Positions 7,288 through 12,589 of a stretch of DNA of 12,589 bases are shown one piece after another. How positions within the stretch are numbered: position 1 is the stretch's first letter; each line of letters begins with the position of its first letter. Position numbers and translations under genes: made by a program. A model generated the notes under the pieces. It was not told the origin of the DNA. It saw only the letters and a program-made list of their open reading frames with translations, and ran no database searches. This DNA comes from an uncultured archaeon (GTDB taxonomy: Archaea > Asgardarchaeota > Lokiarchaeia > Sigyniarchaeales > SOKP01), in NCBI GenBank assembly GCA_964388035.1, contig CAYLZE010000125.1, forward strand, positions 1,206-13,794, read 5' to 3'.

Positions 7288-9030
7288 ATGAAATTTCAAA
7301 AATTTAACTTTTATTTCTGCTTTAATGTCTTCGTATTTTTTTTGATCCTCACTTTTAATTCAAATGTTTCCAATAGTTATCGTAATTTTGCCCAATCGCC
7401 TATAAATAAGGATGAAGAAAGAATGATAAAATTATCGGCGGGCATTGATATTACCAGCCCGGAATCTGGTGATATTTGGGAAATAGGCACCACATATTTA
7501 ATTGAATGAACGTGTGATTCCTCATGTAATTTTGTAGCTATATATCTTTATCGGGGTAATAGCCTCGAAACAGGGAATTTAGTGAAAACAATTACAAGCA
7601 ATACACCTGATTTTCCGGGAAGCAATGTCTTTGCTTGGAACGTCCCTAGAGTCCCAGAAAATGAGCAATACTATATAGTTTTGAAAAAGAGTTACACTGA
7701 TGAATTATTCTTTAGTGATCATTTCACTATAAGTCTACCTAGAATAATTATGATCAAACCTCCTTTGGATATTTATAGAGCAGGAGAAACAATGACCATT
7801 GAATGGTCAACTAAAGGTATCATTAAAAATGTCGATATCTTAATTATAGATCAAAATGGACAAGAGCAAACCATCATCTCAGCTACGCCCAACGATGGAG
7901 AATATGTTTGGGATGTTCCATGGTGGTTTATTCAAGGTAATTATTTCATTAGAATTATGGATTCTAGTGATTACAGTATATATGCTGATAGTTCTTCATT
8001 CGCCATTCAAATTTCAGTTATCGGGATCTTCATAATCATTGGTATAATAGGGTTAACAAGTCTTAGCATTTTACTTTCAGTTTATATGGTAAAAAGAAAT
8101 CGAAAACGAGTAAAACTTAAAAAAATAAAAGAAATCATAACTGTGGAGAAATCCCCAGATATTCATATTATTAAGTTAAAATTTGGAGAACAGTTAAAAT
8201 TTTCTCCCGATGGACAATTTTTAATTGGAAGCGGAAATAAGTACTTAAAAGTAATGGACTATAATGAGATGAAAATTATAGGATCTTTTAAGATAAAAGG
8301 GTCTAAATTCATTGTATCTCCAGACAGTAAGCGCATTATTACAGAAAAAGGCAAGGTGATTAGCTTAGATTCTTTACAAAAGAAGAAAGTAGTCCATTTA
8401 AAGGGATTTTCTTCAACTTCTTCCATGATTTTCAATCCCGATGGGGAAATCATTATTAACTCACATAAACATAAAAAAGGGATATCCATGCGAGATGCTC
8501 TAAATGGGACAATTGTTAAATCATTCCCTTTACAATTTCCCATATCAAATATTACCATTTCTCATGATGGAAAAAAGTTAATTGGATTCCATGGTATTTA
8601 CGCTCATATCTTGGATTTTCAAAAAGAAATTTTACTTCAAACCCTGAAGCTAGATATGTATCCTCGAGCTTATGTTCTTACTCCAGATGGAAACCGGTTA
8701 TTTTTTGGCGGATATACAAAAGATATAAAGGAGTGGAATATTACTACTGGAGAATTAATTCATAAATATGAAGGTCATAATGGAATAATAACATCATTGG
8801 CATTATCCCCTGATAATAGATATCTTCTCAGTGGTTCTTCGGACAAGTCAATAAAAATGTGGGATATCAAATCGAAAAGTCTGATAACCACGCTTTATGA
8901 TGTTGAGGAAAATCCAATAGTCTCATTAGCGATCCATCCTCGGGGAAATGATCTAGTAAGTACTTCAACAAGCAAACACTTAACCGTTTGGAATTTTGAT
9001 AATTTCATTAATTCAAAGAGAGATTATTAG
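7288..9030 (+). pseudogene. Type I membrane protein: signal peptide, two Ig-like beta-sandwich repeats (Kre9/GPI-anchored-family-like), one TM helix, cytoplasmic 7-bladed WD40 propeller. 580 codons with one in-frame TGA (7507-7509): pseudogene, sequence error or readthrough
   Basis: ORFs 7288..7509 and 7582..9030 share a frame and the gap is open (TCDSSCNFVAIYLYRGNSLETGNL). Repeat 1 ITSPESGDIWEIGTTYLIE*T...FAWNVP aligns with repeat 2 YRAGETMTIEWS...YVWDVP. TM ISVIGIFIIIGIIGLTSLSILLSVYMV is followed by KRNRKRVKLKK. Blades FSPDG, VSPDS, FNPDG, ISHDG, LTPDG, LSPDN, IHPRG, with a canonical GHNGIITSLALSPD..SGSSDKSIKMWD repeat. Confidence 0.8.
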
Positions 9031-9242
9031 ATAGTTCTCTGCAAAAGGAATAATTATTGATGTAGGGAAGTAAAATTGAATGAGAGTAGCTAAATAAAAA
9101 TTAAAAAATTACTAGTTTGCCAAATAAAAGGTCATCTTCTATTTTGTTAGATGTATGAAAAGTCAAACCTTTTAAAAATTCGAAATTAAAACTCTTTAGT
9201 TAAAAAAATATTAGAATTAAATTAGAAAAAAAAAATTACAAA

Positions 9243-9907
9243 TTATAGATATTTCGCAATTCTGGAATAATATGATAATAAGATACTCAAGTCTATTGCA
9301 TGAAAAATGATATAACAAGCAAAAAATGTCATTGAAAGTAGTGCCGCAATTTTAAGATATTTATCATTGACTTCGCGGCATTTCTTAAATAATAAGATAT
9401 AAACTACAAAAAGTAAACTAATTTCTATGATGTAAGCAATTTCCATACCTGTATAGTATATCACATTATATACTATTATACCTCCAATATAAACTCGATA
9501 ATATGGATGAGCTAAGATGGATGATATAAAAACAGCGACGAAGTTAAGTCCTACTGTTATAAGATAAGTAATCCCCACTATAGTAAATGCCATTCCAAAT
9601 ATGATTCTATTTTTAACGCCGAATATAATAAAAATGATTCCTAGACCAATTATACTTAATGCTAATGTAAAAAAATTTAGAAAAATAATGGCTTGATCGC
9701 TAATATTTCCCAAGTCTTCAAGAGCGTTGAGTATAAGTATTAATATTCTCTCTATAATGTTAATTATTCCCGCTAATATTAATAATATAGGCCACTCAAG
9801 GTCTTGCTGCTTAAAATGAAAATAACCACTTATAACAAAAAAAACATTTGCTGCAATAAATATTATCGATGCAATTATTATATTGAGAAAAAAATAACTA
9901 TTTCCAA
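9243..9907 (-). pseudogene. Multi-pass (about 6 TM) membrane protein, paralog of 10231..10929; frameshifted near the 5' end (221 aa if one T is restored)
   Basis: Homology to the neighbour continues upstream of the listed 9713 start (SGYFHFKQQDLEWPILLILAGIINIIERILI). GGAGGA RBS at 9920-9915 and TTG at 9907 mirror the paralog, but the TTG frame stops after 9 codons. One extra T in the T7 run at 9894-9888 joins the frames. Confidence 0.75.
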
Positions 9908-9945
9908 TTATGATTCCTCCTTAATTGTATTTTAACTATTTTAAG

Positions 9946-10004
9946 ATCTTTTGGCAAATTTTAAGATGGATTTGATAAAGTAAACATTTTTTTAAATCTT
10001 TTTA
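9946..10004 (-). promoter_or_regulatory. Conserved upstream element, copy 1: BRE/TATA-like TAAAAAGATTTAAAA and ATCTT-N12-AAGAT box
   Basis: Both blocks are conserved at near-identical spacing upstream of the paralog, while the intervening DNA has diverged more. Confidence 0.5.
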
Positions 10005-10230
10005 TATATATTCCAATTTATAATGATAATTGAAAAAGAAAATCTGGTGATTCTATTCTAAAAGGGAATGAAAATTGTTAATATAAAGTTGTAGAAATGA
10101 AGAAATCGGCTAAACAAACTAACATTAAATTGATATTATTTAAGTAAATAAAAATTTATCCTCAATTTTAATAAGTCTAATTTAACCATTCTTTCAATTC
10201 ATTAAATAAAAAAAAGAATGGTAAAAACAA

Positions 10231-10929
10231 TTAAAAAAAAAATCCATATTTGTTATGTAGATATTGCCTTAAATAGGGATTTAAATAGGAATAATAAGAT
10301 AATACTATACTCAAGTCTATTATATAAAAAATCAACCAATAAACAGCATATATAATTAGAAATATTGAGGCAAGTTTAAGGTACTTATCATTGATTTTGC
10401 GGCATCTATAAAATAATAAGAGATAAGCTATTAAGAGTAAACAATATTCTATAATGTAAGCAGTATCCATCCCTAAATAGTAAATCCAATTATATACTAT
10501 TATACCTCCGATAATCAAAGACCTAAATGGATCAGCTAAGAAAGATGATATTAAAACAGCAATAAAATTAATCCCTACTGTTAGGAGATATGCAATTCCT
10601 ACGATTGTAAATATACTTCCAAATACGATTCTATTTTTAATGCCAAATATAAAGAAAATGATTCCTTGACCAATAATACGTAATGCAAATGTGAAATAAA
10701 TTATAAAGCTCTCAGCTTGATAGGTTATATTTCCCAGGTCTTCAAGAACGTTGAGTATAATTATTAAAATCCTCTCTGCAATATTAATTATTCCAGCCAA
10801 TATCAATAAGGTAGGAAACACAAGGTCTTGTTGCTTAAAATGAAGATAACCACTTACGACAATAAAACCGTTTGCTACTATGAATATGCTCGTAATAATT
10901 ATAAATAAAGAGAAAAAAATTATATCCAA
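10231..10929 (-). CDS. Multi-pass (about 6 TM) membrane protein of unknown function, 232 aa
   Basis: TTG start with GGAGGA RBS; about six long hydrophobic segments separated by short polar loops (HFKQQD, EDLGN, KNR, CRKINDKY); colinear with the adjacent paralog. Confidence 0.85.
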   Translation of the reverse strand: MDIIFFSLFIIITSIFIVANGFIVVSGYLHFKQQDLVFPTLLILAGIINIAERILIIILNVLEDLGNITYQAESFIIYFTFALRIIGQGIIFFIFGIKNRIVFGSIFTIVGIAYLLTVGINFIAVLISSFLADPFRSLIIGGIIVYNWIYYLGMDTAYIIEYCLLLIAYLLLFYRCRKINDKYLKLASIFLIIYAVYWLIFYIIDLSIVLSYYSYLNPYLRQYLHNKYGFFF

Positions 10930-10967
10930 TTGAGATTCCTCCTTTGTTTTATTATACTTATTTTATA

Positions 10968-11027
10968 ATCTTTTGGTAAAATTTAAGATTGAATTTAGTA
11001 ATTTATATGTTTTTTTAAATCTTTTTA
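10968..11027 (-). promoter_or_regulatory. Conserved upstream element, copy 2: BRE/TATA-like TAAAAAGATTTAAAA and ATCTT-N12-AAGAT box
   Basis: Same blocks as at 9946..10004. Confidence 0.5.
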
Positions 11028-11156
11028 TTTTTACTATATTTTGTGATGATTCTTTTAATTAAAAAATCAATTGATGTATTTACTTTTTTAATCTCAGATA
11101 AAAAATTTATAGGTAGTTTGTTATTTAATTTTTAAACTCTTAAAAGGAAGAATCAA

Positions 11157-11921
11157 ATGTTAATTGACCCTAAAGTTAAAAAATTGATTATTTTCAATGC
11201 GGGCGGAGGAATCGTAGAGAGAGAAATGAAATTATCTTTAAACCAAGGAACGAACGAGTTTCAAATCCAACATATACCCGCTTCTTTCGACCCAAATTCT
11301 GCGGACATCCAACTTCATTATTTAAAGCCCGAAGATAAAGATGATATTGTTCTCCAGCAGTCGATTGTATCATTGCCTGATATGGGAAATTCTCAACAAA
11401 TTATCGAAAGAGAAAAATCTGCTGCTAATAGTATCATCAGTTATGCCATTGACTTCACGAGAGAGATGCGTGAGAAAATCTCTAATATTTGTGAAGCTAG
11501 TTCCTATAGAACATACGCTGATATGAATGGTATTTTCGACTTTATCATTAATTGTAACAAAAAAGAAGGAGAAGTCATGGTTAAGATATTATATTTCGTT
11601 AGCGATCTGCGAATTAATTGGCAAACATCATTACAAGTAAATCTCTCTGAAGATGGAAATTCTGCTGAAGTGGAAGGTTTTATCATCGTGGATAATAAAA
11701 CTGGTTTTTCATATGAAAACGTGGAACTTGGTTTTGCAATATTCGAGTTACCTCGATATTCTGAAACTACCAGAGGGTTATATCCCTCTGAGCCAACTTC
11801 CCAAACACAGGCATTTCCTGCAGCAATGCGACAAAGCGTCGCAGAGGAAGTTGAAATGGTACCTAATATGCCCGCAAAGCAAATGAAAAGAACTCAACGC
11901 ATGAAAAATCTGATGTTATGA
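11157..11921 (+). CDS. DUF4140/DUF4139 (MuiA-like) family protein, N-terminal half, 254 aa
   Basis: KKLIIFNAGGGIVEREMKLSLNQGTNEFQIQHIPASFDPNS resembles the DUF4140-type start. ILYFVSDLRINW...AEVEGFIIVDNKTGFSYENVEL resembles the start of DUF4139. Ends in a low-complexity P/A/M/Q/E-rich tail. Confidence 0.7.
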   Translation: MLIDPKVKKLIIFNAGGGIVEREMKLSLNQGTNEFQIQHIPASFDPNSADIQLHYLKPEDKDDIVLQQSIVSLPDMGNSQQIIEREKSAANSIISYAIDFTREMREKISNICEASSYRTYADMNGIFDFIINCNKKEGEVMVKILYFVSDLRINWQTSLQVNLSEDGNSAEVEGFIIVDNKTGFSYENVELGFAIFELPRYSETTRGLYPSEPTSQTQAFPAAMRQSVAEEVEMVPNMPAKQMKRTQRMKNLML

Positions 11922-11931
11922 GGTGAACAAA

Positions 11932-12589
11932 ATGATAATAGCAAACATACCAACCCGAAAGAAAATTAAATTGAAATGGTTTAAAGCAAGCTGCAAATTT
12001 AATATTGAGAGAAAAACGGAAATACAGTATTCTGCCTTTAATGTATCTTCAAATAAGTTAAAATGGGAAGCAATAGTTAAATATGCTCTTCTAAAAGAGG
12101 GGGTTTTAATAAATAAGGACATCCCTCCCAATTCTCCCATGACCTTATACAAAAATCACTTGCCTTTTTTGTTCTTGAATTCTGCTGAAAGCTCGGGAAC
12201 CAAAATTAATTCTGAAGAGATGATTGATGATGATATTGTAATTGAAGATGATATCGTCACTATTACAGAAGGAGAACCGAAAATCACTTTTGAAGATGCT
12301 AAGGACCCAAAAGAACATATAGAAGTACGAACGAGATATGATAAGATTACTAGAAAAGTAAGCATGGAAAATAAATTGAATAATCTGGTTCATTTAACCT
12401 TCGTTTTCAAGCAAACTAAAGATGTAATCTTTGTAAAATCGGATCCAATACCAACCACTATAGAGGAGCCCAATTATAAATTTGAGATAACCATTTCTCC
12501 CGAGGCTAGTTCAAAACTATTATTTGAATTTCAGGCGAAAATCGTTTCAAGAGTAACAAAAATTAAACCAGAATACTTGGAAAAGGAAA
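11932..12589 (+). CDS. Partial CDS (at least 219 aa, runs off the window), probable C-terminal half of a DUF4139-like protein; not in the ORF track
   Basis: GAGGTGA RBS at 11920-11926, ATG at 11932, no stop to the window end. Translation MIIANIPTRKKIKLKWFKASCKF...ITRKVSMENKLNNLVHLTFVFKQ...YKFEITISPEASSKLLFEFQAK, which resembles the terminal beta-sandwich of DUF4139. Confidence 0.8.
   Translation, partial: MIIANIPTRKKIKLKWFKASCKFNIERKTEIQYSAFNVSSNKLKWEAIVKYALLKEGVLINKDIPPNSPMTLYKNHLPFLFLNSAESSGTKINSEEMIDDDIVIEDDIVTITEGEPKITFEDAKDPKEHIEVRTRYDKITRKVSMENKLNNLVHLTFVFKQTKDVIFVKSDPIPTTIEEPNYKFEITISPEASSKLLFEFQAKIVSRVTKIKPEYLEKE

Larger units (their letters stand above)
9243..11027 (-). repeat. Diverged tandem duplication (gene plus about 100 bp of upstream DNA): units approx. 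9243..10004 and 10231..11027
   Basis: Shared nucleotide blocks in coding DNA (e.g. TATACTATTATACCTCC, ATACTCAAGTCTATT) and upstream (GATTCCTCCTT; ATCTTTTGGYAAAWTTTAAGAT; TTTTTTAAATCTTTTTA). Confidence 0.85.

Noticed and set aside
7507-7509. Genome-wide UGA=Trp recoding (genetic code 4)
   Set aside because: No other long gene here contains an internal TGA, which would be expected often in AT-rich DNA under code 4. TGA also ends genes 1789..2742 and 11157..11921 at plausible positions.
9031-9240. SECIS element supporting selenocysteine at the in-frame TGA
   Set aside because: ATGA motifs occur, but I could not see a stem closing on a paired GA. The codon aligns with a structural Trp, not a Cys.
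8259-12393. Short ORFs 8259..8558, 11341..11526, 11504..11686, 11653..11886, 11916..12152, 12145..12393 and 12156..12365
   Set aside because: They are nested in or antisense to longer supported genes, including the partial CDS starting at 11932.
1-12589. CRISPR array, tRNA/rRNA, IS element or prophage
   Set aside because: No regularly spaced direct repeats, cloverleaf, terminal inverted repeats or transposase/integrase/capsid motifs were seen. The only substantial repeats are the tandem gene duplication and intragenic domain repeats.

Overview
AT-rich archaeal genomic window. The gene content (two longin-like domain proteins, an archaeal DRG-type GTPase, an archaeal Ski2-like helicase, GGAGG/GAGGTG ribosome-binding sites, TATA-like promoters) points to an Asgard archaeon of the Lokiarchaeia type; this assignment is an inference. 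Left half: a longin-like gene co-oriented with a DRG/Obg-family TGS GTPase whose G1, G2 and G3 motifs are all degenerate; a convergent longin + helical-domain gene; an 891-aa SF2 helicase; an unlisted 55-aa small ORF; and a protein with DnaJ-type zinc fingers but no J-domain. Right half: an accessory membrane-protein islet. It holds a signal peptide / 2x Ig-like / TM / cytoplasmic WD40 gene interrupted by one in-frame TGA at a Trp position, and a tandem pair of paralogous multi-TM genes duplicated with their upstream regulatory region, one frameshifted in a T7 run. The window ends with a DUF4140/DUF4139-like protein apparently split into two genes. No rRNA, tRNA, CRISPR array or mobile element was recognised. 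All family calls come from motif recognition by eye, not from database searches.
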